Source: Leptolyngbyaceae cyanobacterium
Lineage (GTDB): Bacteria; Cyanobacteriota; Cyanobacteriia; Phormidesmidales; Phormidesmidaceae
Direction: 5' to 3'
Assembly (NCBI GenBank): GCA_965263355.1
Contig: CBDHHL010000032.1
Coordinates: forward strand, 352,001 to 416,000
Length of the DNA stretch: 64,000 nt
In this document: in pieces, positions 10,183-19,158 of the stretch
How the letters are laid out: each line of letters begins with the position of its first letter
Numbering within the stretch: position 1 is the stretch's first letter
Position numbers and translations under genes: made by a program
The notes under the pieces: generated by a model
Seen by the model: only the letters and a program-made list of their open reading frames with translations
What the model was told of the DNA's origin: nothing
Databases searched by the model: none

Positions 10183-11676
10183 ATGGGGTTGCCAGTAGTT
10201 TTAGATGTTGCCTTAGGGTTGATATTTGTTTACATGGCTCTAGGCTTGATTGCTAGTGAGGTGCAGGAAATTATTAGCACGATGCTGCAATGGCGAGCTG
10301 AGCATCTTAAGTATTCAATTGAACAGCTGTTGGCAGGTGGGGACTCTGCTGATCGTCGGATTGCTAGCAGGTTAGCTGATCAGCTTTATAACAGTCCTAT
10401 GGTGCGTGATTTGAATTACGAAGCCCAAGGGATAATTGCTCGCTCAGCTCGGCAGATACTTCATGTGATTGGTCGTGCCTATCGAATTTTGAGTCGTACT
10501 CGTAATATATTTGGTAGCCAAACCTCTGGTCCTTCCTATATTCCGTCTGATGCGTTTGCGACGACATTAATAGATACGTTGCAGTTGGAAGGATTGCAAA
10601 AGTCAGTGGTTGAGGCTCGACTCAAGCGGTTGCTACAGGAGCGAATTATGCTACCGCTTGGGGATACGTTGCATACCCTGCGAGCAGCTGTTGGTGATGG
10701 AGCCCTACTTGATGCAGAGTTGCGTAATTTGGAAGCTTCCTTAGAAAAAATATTTATCGATTATCGAACCGGTCGCACGGGACTTGCTCAAATTGCTGAT
10801 CGGGTGCTGGCAGAATTAGATCACTTTGCCGATCAGGGGGCTCAGCTCTTACCTGAAAGCTATGGTGCAACTCAGGCGTTTCTGCGGCGATTGAGTTATT
10901 TGCGATCGCAAATAGCTGGTGGTATGGACATGACAGAAGGGTTAGTTCGACAACTACAGCCCACCCTAAAGGAATTACTGTCCCTACTCACCAACTCAAG
11001 TGACCAACAAAACGAATCCTATACCAGCGAACTTGCCTATATTCGTAAAGTCCTGGATGGTAAGTTACCGCTGCGACTACAGGAAAGTCTTAGCATATTA
11101 GCTGAACGAGTTAGCCATCGTACCAATGCCACAGAAGACCAGCTCAAAATGTTTCAGCAGGAATTAGAACATTGGTATGACCGAGGCATGGATCGAGCGT
11201 CTGGTGTATATCGCCGTAACTCAAAAATAGTTGCCATCTTAATTGGTGTAGTAATTGCTGCCGCAGTCAATGCCGATACCTTTTACATTGCTAATCGGTT
11301 AACTGTGGATCAAGCTGTGCGTAGTAGCGTTATCCAAACGGTTAACCAGGCATCGCTAGAAACACTGTCTTCCCCCTCCAACGATACTGGGGCGTTGAGC
11401 AATGATCTCCAATCCCTCGGTGCCGCAGTACAAACTACCTTGTCAGATTATGCGCTGCCCATAGGTCGTTCCCCAAAACTGCTCGCTACTCAAGCTGTTT
11501 TAGAAGCCGATTGGCCCTTCCCAATACCACGGCACTGGCTAGGGTGGATTGTAACGGGGGTAGCTGTTTCCATGGGATCTAACTTCTGGTTCGATGCCCT
11601 CCATCGAGTAACGTCAGTACGCTCAGCCGGTGCAAAACCTTCTAGTTCAACCGCTACTACGTCTGAGCGTCCATAA
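10183..11676 (+). CDS. Conserved hypothetical membrane protein
   Basis: 497 aa; N-terminal TM helix (LDVALGLIFVY...EVQE), WYDRGMDRASGVYRR, C-terminal TMs ending GSNFWFD. Confidence 0.75.
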   Translation: MGLPVVLDVALGLIFVYMALGLIASEVQEIISTMLQWRAEHLKYSIEQLLAGGDSADRRIASRLADQLYNSPMVRDLNYEAQGIIARSARQILHVIGRAYRILSRTRNIFGSQTSGPSYIPSDAFATTLIDTLQLEGLQKSVVEARLKRLLQERIMLPLGDTLHTLRAAVGDGALLDAELRNLEASLEKIFIDYRTGRTGLAQIADRVLAELDHFADQGAQLLPESYGATQAFLRRLSYLRSQIAGGMDMTEGLVRQLQPTLKELLSLLTNSSDQQNESYTSELAYIRKVLDGKLPLRLQESLSILAERVSHRTNATEDQLKMFQQELEHWYDRGMDRASGVYRRNSKIVAILIGVVIAAAVNADTFYIANRLTVDQAVRSSVIQTVNQASLETLSSPSNDTGALSNDLQSLGAAVQTTLSDYALPIGRSPKLLATQAVLEADWPFPIPRHWLGWIVTGVAVSMGSNFWFDALHRVTSVRSAGAKPSSSTATTSERP

Positions 11677-12973
11677 TAGGCAACCAGACGATGAATACCG
11701 TGCCCTTATCCTGTTGTGGTGATAGGTGCTGTTGCAAGGGTATGGGTAGCCATGGCAAGGATGATTTCTTAGACCAAATGGGACTCACTAACTCAATAGT
11801 GCCTCCCATATGGCTAACTAGATCTTTAACAATAGCCAAGCCTAGACCTGTACCAGCAATTGTTCCTTGAGCTTGCACCCCGCGGTAATGCCGCTCAAAT
11901 AAATGGGGTTGATCCTCAATGGGAATGCCTGGACCGCTATCACCAACAACCAAACCTAAATAGTCATCTTTGCGTAAGCCAACCAAAAGCCAGACCCATG
12001 CTTCGGTTGGTGCATACTTGAATGCATTATCTAGCAGATTAGCAATGATTTCCTGTAATGCCTGGGCATCGATAGCAACTAATTCCTTGGGAAAATTTTC
12101 GATGGGTGAATGCCAAAACTGTCGATTTCGTTCGCTAGCTGCTGCAACGGTAACGGTAATTAGCGGTTGAACTACATCCCTTAATAACAAAGGAGTGGGT
12201 GCCAAGGAGCGCCCTAATGCTGGTAGCAGTGGTTTTTCAACAGTGTCGCTATTTTCTGGCAGTAGTAAGGGCGGATTCACCTCTTGAGCAATGTCCGCAT
12301 CTCCAATATCAACAGCTGCATCAAAATCAATCACCAGTTCCTTTAGATGCTGGCTTTCACGCACAATACCATCGGCTAGACGATAGTTGGGGTCATCCTG
12401 AGCAAGACGCCGCAGCATGAGTTTTCCAAACGTACCAATAGCTGTTAAAGGATTACGAAACTGATGTAATAGATTATGGAAAACTTCCGATTGTTCTCCC
12501 TGTAAAGTCTGTTTAGCGTTGAGGCGCTGTCGTAACCATTGATTTTGCCGATCTAAAAAGCAACCAGCTGCCAGACTTGTCGACACGGTTTGTAGATACT
12601 GCTGTTCACTAGCTTCCCAAGGCCGATCTGAGCGCAGCATAACTAGAACACCCATGACCATTTCCTGGTGTATTAATGGCAACACTAGTCTTTCTACGCC
12701 TATTTCTGGATTGGGCTGTTCGATATCAGCTAATTTTCCCGATGATATCGGGGGGAAATCGGATGCAGGTAAGGCAAACTGATTGTTTATTGGCTCAAAT
12801 AAGTCCTTGAAATCATCAGTTTCAGGAACCTGCGCTATGGGAACTAAAATTGGCTCAGATTTTTCATCTACGCCCAAGGTGAGATAAATAACAGATGACA
12901 CCTCGCCAAACGTACGGCGCAATAATTCCAGGTGAGTCTGACATATATCTACTAATTCGGCACTGGCGGGCAT
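11657..12973 (-). CDS. hik2: GAF-domain sensor histidine kinase, Hik2/CSK-like
   Basis: N-terminal MPASAELVDIC with conserved Cys, GAF-like segment, H-box LLHQFRNPLTA, NLLDNAFKY, DSGPGIP, GTGLGL. Confidence 0.8.
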   Translation of the reverse strand: MPASAELVDICQTHLELLRRTFGEVSSVIYLTLGVDEKSEPILVPIAQVPETDDFKDLFEPINNQFALPASDFPPISSGKLADIEQPNPEIGVERLVLPLIHQEMVMGVLVMLRSDRPWEASEQQYLQTVSTSLAAGCFLDRQNQWLRQRLNAKQTLQGEQSEVFHNLLHQFRNPLTAIGTFGKLMLRRLAQDDPNYRLADGIVRESQHLKELVIDFDAAVDIGDADIAQEVNPPLLLPENSDTVEKPLLPALGRSLAPTPLLLRDVVQPLITVTVAAASERNRQFWHSPIENFPKELVAIDAQALQEIIANLLDNAFKYAPTEAWVWLLVGLRKDDYLGLVVGDSGPGIPIEDQPHLFERHYRGVQAQGTIAGTGLGLAIVKDLVSHMGGTIELVSPIWSKKSSLPWLPIPLQQHLSPQQDKGTVFIVWLPIMDAQT

Positions 12974-13157
12974 GATCTTGCCTGGAGTCGGTCAATGAAG
13001 AATTGTCTAAGGTATTTTCCTAATCCGGATAAATTTATTTAAACTTTAACTTTTATCAAGATAACCAGAAATATTACAGCGGGTCGTGCTGCCTCCAATT
13101 TTTAAGACGGTAGTTATCAGCACACTTTCAGCGGATACCCCACAATTTTAAAAGAAG

Positions 13158-13186
13158 TTGAAAATCTAAGGCACAACCGATATACT
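13158..13186 (+). promoter_or_regulatory. sigma70-type promoter for the DUF3155 gene
   Basis: TTGAAA (13158-63), 17 nt, TATACT (13181-86); GGGAGG RBS at 13247-52. Confidence 0.6.
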
Positions 13187-13205
13187 TTGCTGGGTTAAGT
13201 GTTTT

Positions 13206-13221
13206 TGTAACTATCAATACA
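13206..13221. promoter_or_regulatory. NtcA-binding box (TGTA-N8-TACA)
   Basis: TGTAACTATCAATACA matches the extended consensus. Confidence 0.55.
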
Positions 13222-13261
13222 CGAATCCACTACTCACACTATCCATGGGAGGTCAAGCAAC

Positions 13262-13567
13262 TTGGCACGGAGACGCAAGCGTAAAAGCCGTCGTCGCCTC
13301 GAAGGGCGTCGTATTTTAGAATCAGTTCCTCAGTACAGTATCGAGAGTGGAGAAGCTAAGCCTGTCACAGCGGCCCGCAACTTTATCCACTCTGAAGGTA
13401 TTCAACCACCTGCTGTTTTGCTGGTTAAACGTAATGAGCATACCACCGACCGGTACTTTTGGGCAGAAAAGGGATTATTTGGTGCTCAGTATGTTGAAGA
13501 GAACCATTTCTTATTCCCTAGTCTTCGCGCTTTGATTGGTGAAGAAGAGGAAGCCGTTCTTGGCTAG
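13262..13567 (+). CDS. Conserved cyanobacterial protein (DUF3155-like)
   Basis: MARRRKRKSRRRLEGRRILE...RNEHTTDRYFWAEKGLFGAQYVEENHFLFPSL; RBS upstream of TTG. Confidence 0.85.
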   Translation: MARRRKRKSRRRLEGRRILESVPQYSIESGEAKPVTAARNFIHSEGIQPPAVLLVKRNEHTTDRYFWAEKGLFGAQYVEENHFLFPSLRALIGEEEEAVLG

Positions 13568-13631
13568 ATAAGGAAGGTGAAGTGCATAGCTAGCACTTCA
13601 CCAGTTCAAACAAAACCTATAAAAGATTACC

Positions 13632-13662
13632 AGGGAGGTGTAACATTTGTGCCTCCCTTTTT
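13632..13662 (+). terminator. Rho-independent terminator
   Basis: agggagg...cctccct stem followed by a T run; a second hairpin ggtgaagtgc/gcacttcacc lies at 13576-13602. Confidence 0.75.
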
Positions 13663-13755
13663 GGCAGTATTTTTGCCCGTGTCCCACACAGGTTGATGTA
13701 TCAAGTGTGTGGTCAAGGTGGGCTAGAAGCCGTTTATCATCAGCCTTGTTCAAGA

Positions 13756-14298
13756 CTATGAAGCAGTTTCAAAGAGTGCCTCGGCTTTAAGCTGAATGAT
13801 TTCATCCCGATGACCCCGCACAGTCAATTTGCATCCTTGGACAGTATCATCAATGCGAAAAGCAATTTGTTCCTCCCGCTTAGCCTGTTTCCAATAGGCA
13901 ATAGCTGCCATTGGGGCTAATAAAACCAAGGCAAAGAAAACAGCACCGTAACCACTAAATAAGGTAGCCATTACTAATGCGAAGCACATTAGGGCGATGG
14001 CTGCTAGCGAAGCCAAAAAAATTGCCAGAAAAACACTGGGCCTAACAAAACCAGTTAACTTTACCCAGTTGTCAGTGGCATCAGAGCAGGCTGGTTCTGG
14101 CTTATAGGCACGGTTTTTGAAATAGTCGAGTAGTCTTTGGTGTAGAACATCTGAAGATTGCTTTGTCACAAATTCAGCAACTTCAGTTCGATCTTTGGTA
14201 GCTGCCTTCATAAAAAAAAACAACCCAACTCCTAACAACATCGTTAGGAAAAAGGTTGATTGACTGACTGTACTTTCCACAACAGCTATCCTTAGCAA
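13756..14298 (-). CDS. ccb1: Cofactor assembly of complex C subunit B (CCB1, cytochrome b6 heme ci maturation)
   Basis: STFFLTMLLGVGLFFFMKAATKDRTE, GFVRPSVFLAIFL, YWKQAKREEQ, VRGHRDEI. Confidence 0.85.
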   Translation of the reverse strand: MLRIAVVESTVSQSTFFLTMLLGVGLFFFMKAATKDRTEVAEFVTKQSSDVLHQRLLDYFKNRAYKPEPACSDATDNWVKLTGFVRPSVFLAIFLASLAAIALMCFALVMATLFSGYGAVFFALVLLAPMAAIAYWKQAKREEQIAFRIDDTVQGCKLTVRGHRDEIIQLKAEALFETAS

Positions 14299-14410
14299 AC
14301 TAAAACAACAACTACTTAAGCCATCCTGACTATACCTCAGGAATTGCTCAGTAGCTGTTGCTTATGTGTTTGAGGAATCAGATGCTGCTGCTCGAAAATT
14401 ATTTTAAAAA

Positions 14411-14809
14411 TTACGAACTTATGGCTCGACGTCTAGGCGTAGTATTACGCTGACCAAGGATGTAGCGTTGCCAAAGTTCTGCTAGCTCCCGTGCCTTTGT
14501 TTGCCAATCAGGACGTAAGCGATACATTCGACGAGGACGACCACGCCCCTCTACCTTTTTCCAATACCCCATAATGGCACCCTGATTCTCTAAGAATTTG
14601 AGCGCACTGTAAAGGACGGTATCTGACAAACGATAGTCAGGATACTCATTCTCAATCGCATGGATGAGTTCAGTGCCGTAGGAATCGCGGCGTATAAGTA
14701 CCGAAAGAACATAACAAACCGCTAACTCTTTGTTGAGGTAGAGAGGCGGGGGATCTTCAAAAAATTGATAAATGTCTTCGAATTTCATGGCGTATTGCTC
14801 CGGCTGCAA
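14411..14809 (-). CDS. pex: PadR-family circadian period extender Pex
   Basis: MKFEDIYQFF..PPPLYLNKELAVCYVL..DSYGTELI..YRLSDTVLYSALKFLE..GRGRPRRMY. Confidence 0.88.
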   Translation of the reverse strand: MQPEQYAMKFEDIYQFFEDPPPLYLNKELAVCYVLSVLIRRDSYGTELIHAIENEYPDYRLSDTVLYSALKFLENQGAIMGYWKKVEGRGRPRRMYRLRPDWQTKARELAELWQRYILGQRNTTPRRRAISS

Positions 14810-15249
14810 TAGGGATGGGTTTAAAACAGCTTAATTACCGATGATTTATGGATGGAGCATTTATTATCTTAAGTTTCACTTAATGGAAGTATATATTGTT
14901 CTTTAAATACCTTTAACCTGTGAAGCTCAGTTGTTAATACTGCTTGTTTAGTAAGAGGACATCAACAAAGAGTAGCTTTTCAAGCTAAGCACAAATATCA
15001 ATTGTTGATGGTGTTGTCCTCAAAACTTACATAAAGATTACAGTTCACTGCCCTCACATTGGTATTTCGACAAAAGATTTTATTAAAAAAGCCAAGCTTT
15101 ATTCTAGACGCTAAAAAATACTTCGTGGAAGTGCCGCCTTATATAGTTACTATCCGCAAACAAAATATAGAATTGCTTGAGCTTTGATAATAATTTCATT
15201 ATTTGTTAAACCCTTTGCTTAAGTTCAAGCATCCATATCTGAGCTTTGC

Positions 15250-16650
15250 TCATGGCTCATCTTTGGATGAAGTGGGCTCAACGATCTGGGTTTGAAATAG
15301 ACGTTGACCGTTACGAATAGCGACGAGTTCTAAATCTAAAGGACCTGTAGTAAAAATTTGTTTGCCTGCCACGGCTTCAATGTCTAAGGGGGCACCGTAG
15401 TTTTGCACCTGGTTCAGGAAGTCGATCACAGGCTCACTAAAACCGCCTGCTACTCTAGGATTGTCAACGATGATAATGCCTTCTAGGCTGGCTCTAATCT
15501 GTGCCGTGGTCACCAGGGTTCGTAAGGTTTCCACTAGGGAGGGAGTGCTAGGGTAGGCACTCTCAATAGGAACACGGGCTAAGGTTTCTCCCTGCTCAAA
15601 AATAATGCGATTTAATTTTGCTTGCAAAGAAATTTCTACGCAGGGGGGCTCCTCCTGTTGCACAACACAGGGCTCACCGACGACATAGTTCCCGGAGACA
15701 CCGACTCGGATGACATACTGTTGGCCATCTGTAATATTTCTGGCGGTGTCCCTAACGATTTGGGGATTAATCTGCAAAATTTGGAGAGCTTTATTGGGGG
15801 CATCGGGCCAAATTGCGTTTAGTGCTAACCGGTTGGCTTCAGATAGGAGCCGCTCAATTTCAGCGGTTGCAGCGGTGATCGATTGGGGGCGCGTGATTAA
15901 TAGAGCTAAGGTCTGATTCCGGCTAATGGCTACGTTCCCAGCTCGCAATTTAAGAAATTCTGATTCTAGGCGTTGGATTTCGTCTTCTAAAAAAGCTTGC
16001 TCTGTTTTAAGTCGTTCCAAGGCTCCTTCACGCTGGGCAATGGCGCTATCTCGCTGTAATAATTCCTGATCTCGCTGAGCTAGGGAGCGATCACGTTGGG
16101 CAATTTGGCGTTTGACTTCAGCTTGCTGGCGCTGTAGCACCTGCCGATCTTGCTGCAACCGACCGATTTCCCCTTGGAGTTGAGCTGCTTGTTCGGAGAC
16201 AATGACCAACTGATTTTGGGTTTGTCCAAGCCGTTTTCGAATAACGGTTTCACGTTCAGTGGCTTTATCCAAAAACGTGATCACTTCGGTCAATTCACCT
16301 TCGGCATCAATTTTTTGACGAGTGACTCGATTTAGGGCATCCTCTACGTCGGCTTTAGCGGTTTGAGTGGCGTTTAAGGCAGCTCGTGCCGCTGATAAAT
16401 TCGCTTGGGTTTCTTCAAATTCGAAAAGCCCTTTGCGCAATTGTTCACTCGTGATCAGCAATAGGCCCAGGGTTGATGCTGAAATGACACTTCCTGTCAA
16501 AATGCTGACTAGAGTAGCAGTTTGACGAGGGCGTAGGTTGAATAGCGAAAGGCGTGATTTGCCAACGCGCATGCCAATTCGGTCGCCCACTGTGGCAATC
16601 AGGCCACCGAGGACAAGCACGGTCGCAATTAGAATTAGACCAACGTCCAT
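15250..16650 (-). CDS. DUF3084 membrane-anchored coiled-coil protein
   Basis: GGLIATVGDRIGMRVGKSRLSLFNLRPRQTA followed by a long coiled coil; located downstream of ntcA. Confidence 0.85.
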   Translation of the reverse strand: MDVGLILIATVLVLGGLIATVGDRIGMRVGKSRLSLFNLRPRQTATLVSILTGSVISASTLGLLLITSEQLRKGLFEFEETQANLSAARAALNATQTAKADVEDALNRVTRQKIDAEGELTEVITFLDKATERETVIRKRLGQTQNQLVIVSEQAAQLQGEIGRLQQDRQVLQRQQAEVKRQIAQRDRSLAQRDQELLQRDSAIAQREGALERLKTEQAFLEDEIQRLESEFLKLRAGNVAISRNQTLALLITRPQSITAATAEIERLLSEANRLALNAIWPDAPNKALQILQINPQIVRDTARNITDGQQYVIRVGVSGNYVVGEPCVVQQEEPPCVEISLQAKLNRIIFEQGETLARVPIESAYPSTPSLVETLRTLVTTAQIRASLEGIIIVDNPRVAGGFSEPVIDFLNQVQNYGAPLDIEAVAGKQIFTTGPLDLELVAIRNGQRLFQTQIVEPTSSKDEP

Positions 16651-16744
16651 CTAATGTCCATCAAAGGTTGCAGCAGCACCTGAGCAGGCTCTCGTATAGG
16701 TTACTTGATTGTTTGCCAATGTGGTGATTACAAAGATGATAAGC

Positions 16745-17446
16745 CTAGGCAAACTGCTGGCTAAGGGCAACGGGATCGTGAACGGTTATCTTCTTTTTGT
16801 GAATGGATATCATCGTATCCTGACGCAGATCTCCAAGTAGCCGAGTCACAGTCACCCTGGTTGAGCCAATTGCCTCAGCAATTGCCTGATGGGATAACTT
16901 TAAGTCGATGGTGATGCCGCTACTACTGGGAACTCCAAAATCACGACAGAGAATAAGCAGAAAGCTCACAAGGCGAGAACCCATATCGCGATGGGCCAAG
17001 GTCTCAATCATCATTTCGGTCTGCAAGATCCGCGAGGATAATCCCTGTAGCAACATAATGGAAAGCTCTGGATGTTCCTCTAATGCCTGCTTTACTTGCT
17101 CAATGGGCATGGACATGAGTTCAACCGGTGTAAAGGCAACCGCATGGTAAAACCGATCGGAGCGATTGCCTGTTAATAGGGAGAGAACTCCGAAAACGCT
17201 ATTTTCCCGTAACAGGGCGACGGTAATTTCTTCACCAGCTTCGTAAACTCTGGAGAGCTTGACTGCACCCTTAAGCAAAAAATAAACCCGCTCAGCCGGA
17301 TCGCCAGGAAAGAAAATCGTCTTACCGCGTTCGTAGGTTTCGGCTACAGGAGGAAATGAGCCTGTGGATAGCTGCCTGAGTAAATTGGCAAGAGGTTTCT
17401 CTGTAGTCACGATAGTTGGGGTGTGCGATCGCAAAGCTATGGCCAA
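16745..17446 (-). CDS. ntcA: Global nitrogen regulator NtcA (CRP family)
   Basis: Closely matches known Ntc[46 protein letters not shown]...[22 protein letters not shown]. Real start probably GTG at 17410. Confidence 0.98.
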   Translation of the reverse strand: MAIALRSHTPTIVTTEKPLANLLRQLSTGSFPPVAETYERGKTIFFPGDPAERVYFLLKGAVKLSRVYEAGEEITVALLRENSVFGVLSLLTGNRSDRFYHAVAFTPVELMSMPIEQVKQALEEHPELSIMLLQGLSSRILQTEMMIETLAHRDMGSRLVSFLLILCRDFGVPSSSGITIDLKLSHQAIAEAIGSTRVTVTRLLGDLRQDTMISIHKKKITVHDPVALSQQFA

Positions 17447-17643
17447 GATGTGAACAAGGTTATCTGAGAACTATACGGTCAAACTGAGATTTCAGCATTT
17501 AAACCGGTTAACGGCAACTCAAGCAACCCAAAACTGGGCATATGTCTAGCGAATAGGTACCTCAGTAAAAACATTTACTCGTCTTTAATTTAGTAAGGTT
17601 TCTTGACTTTAGACCAATAAAACCCAAGTTTGTCGGAGCTTTT

Positions 17644-17657
17644 GTATCGTGATATAC
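17644..17657. promoter_or_regulatory. NtcA box upstream of ntcA (autoregulation)
   Basis: GTA-TCGTGATA-TAC = GTAN8TAC in the ntcA/fabI divergent intergenic region. Confidence 0.65.
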
Positions 17658-17831
17658 CAAATTTTGTTTTCTTGCCAGCTTGCTGGATAACAGATAAGCC
17701 CCCTTAGGCCCTCAACTGAATCGACGGCAAGGCTATTCATGGGGTCCATTTTTCAGTATGCTCCTATGGGCTATTGCAACTGCGTGACCCAAACTAAATT
17801 AATTAATTTTTGATACAGCTCCCATCCAACC

Positions 17832-18608
17832 ATGCTAGACCTGACTGGAAAAAATGCCCTGGTGACTGGTATTGCCAACAACCGTTCTATTGCCTGGGGA
17901 ATTGCCCAGCAACTAAGTAAGGCGGGTGCAAGTATCGGTGTGACCTATCTTCCCGATGAAAAGGGGCGGATGGAAAAGAAGGTCCGGGATTTAACAGCCC
18001 CTTTAAACCCGAGTCTGTTTTTACCCTGTAATGTGCAAAATGAGCAGCAGGTCCAGGCGACATTTGATGCTGTGAAAACGGATTGGGGCAAGTTGGATAT
18101 CCTGGTCCACTGTCTAGCCTTTGCGAATCGAGACGATCTGACAGGAGATTTTAGCAATACATCCCGTCAGGGTTTTCAAACTGCCCTGGATATAAGTGCC
18201 TACTCTCTGGTGAAACTGGCCCAGCAGGCTAAACCCTTGATGGTTGCTGGGGGCAGCATTGTTACGTTGACCTACCTTGGCGGGGTGCGAGTAGTGCCTA
18301 ATTACAATGTTATGGGCATTGCTAAGGCGGCTTTAGAGATGAATGTTCGTTATTTGGCGGCAGAGTTGGGGCCTGGAAATATCCGGGTGAATGGTATTTC
18401 TGCAGGACCGATTCGCACCTTGGCATCATCGGCAGTGGGCGGAATCCTAGATATGATTCACCATGTAGAAGAGGTTGCTCCTCTGCGGCGTACCGTTACC
18501 CAGGCGGAAGTAGGGAATGCAGCAACATTTCTATGTAGCGACTTAGCTTCAGGTGTAACCGGTCAAATTCTGTATGTTGACTCTGGTTATGAAATCATGG
18601 GAATGTAG
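17832..18608 (+). CDS. fabI: Enoyl-ACP reductase FabI
   Basis: GIANNRSIAWGIA, YNVMGIAKAALE, SAGPIRTLAS. Confidence 0.97.
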   Translation: MLDLTGKNALVTGIANNRSIAWGIAQQLSKAGASIGVTYLPDEKGRMEKKVRDLTAPLNPSLFLPCNVQNEQQVQATFDAVKTDWGKLDILVHCLAFANRDDLTGDFSNTSRQGFQTALDISAYSLVKLAQQAKPLMVAGGSIVTLTYLGGVRVVPNYNVMGIAKAALEMNVRYLAAELGPGNIRVNGISAGPIRTLASSAVGGILDMIHHVEEVAPLRRTVTQAEVGNAATFLCSDLASGVTGQILYVDSGYEIMGM

Positions 18609-18636
18609 CTGCTTCTGTAACCGTTGATTTCTTGTA

Positions 18637-19101
18637 TTGCCCATATTCCCCATGGCAAATTGGCTTGAGCACAGCGTATATGTTGATGTGGAGGCTCCCA
18701 TAGAACTAGTTTGGGCGCTTTGGTCAGATTTAGAGCAGATGCCCCAATGGATGAAGTGGATTGATTCGGTTGAGCTGTTAGCAGATCAACCGGAGATGTC
18801 CCGTTGGAAGTTAGCGTCAGGTGTTTGGGAGTTTACATGGCTATCACGTACGGTAAAAGTGGTTCCCCACCAGATATTGCAGTGGGAATCAGTGGATGGG
18901 CTGCCCAATCGTGGTGCGATTCGATTTTATGGCCATCATCAAAGGAGCAGTACGGTCAAAATGACCCTTTCCTATTCGGTGCCAGTTGTCTTGGCACGGT
19001 TTATGGAAAGTGGTTGGCTACGGAAGATTGTAGACTCAACGTTGCAGGCTGATTTAGAGCGGTTTCGCCAAAAAGCTGAACAGTTGGCCAAGGTAACCTA
19101 G
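18637..19101 (+). CDS. SRPBCC / polyketide cyclase-family protein
   Basis: MANWLEHSVYVDVEAPIELVWALWSDLEQMPQWMKWI...WESVDGLPNRG; likely start ATG 18652. Confidence 0.85.
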   Translation: MPIFPMANWLEHSVYVDVEAPIELVWALWSDLEQMPQWMKWIDSVELLADQPEMSRWKLASGVWEFTWLSRTVKVVPHQILQWESVDGLPNRGAIRFYGHHQRSSTVKMTLSYSVPVVLARFMESGWLRKIVDSTLQADLERFRQKAEQLAKVT

Positions 19102-19123
19102 GGTTGCCCTGGGGCAACCCTAG
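19098..19123. repeat. Palindrome (12-bp stem) between the SRPBCC and methyltransferase-like genes
   Basis: ctagggttgccc-tg-gggcaaccctag. Confidence 0.7.
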
Positions 19124-19158
19124 ATACCGCTGATGACTCTGGTGTTTTTTGGGCGATC

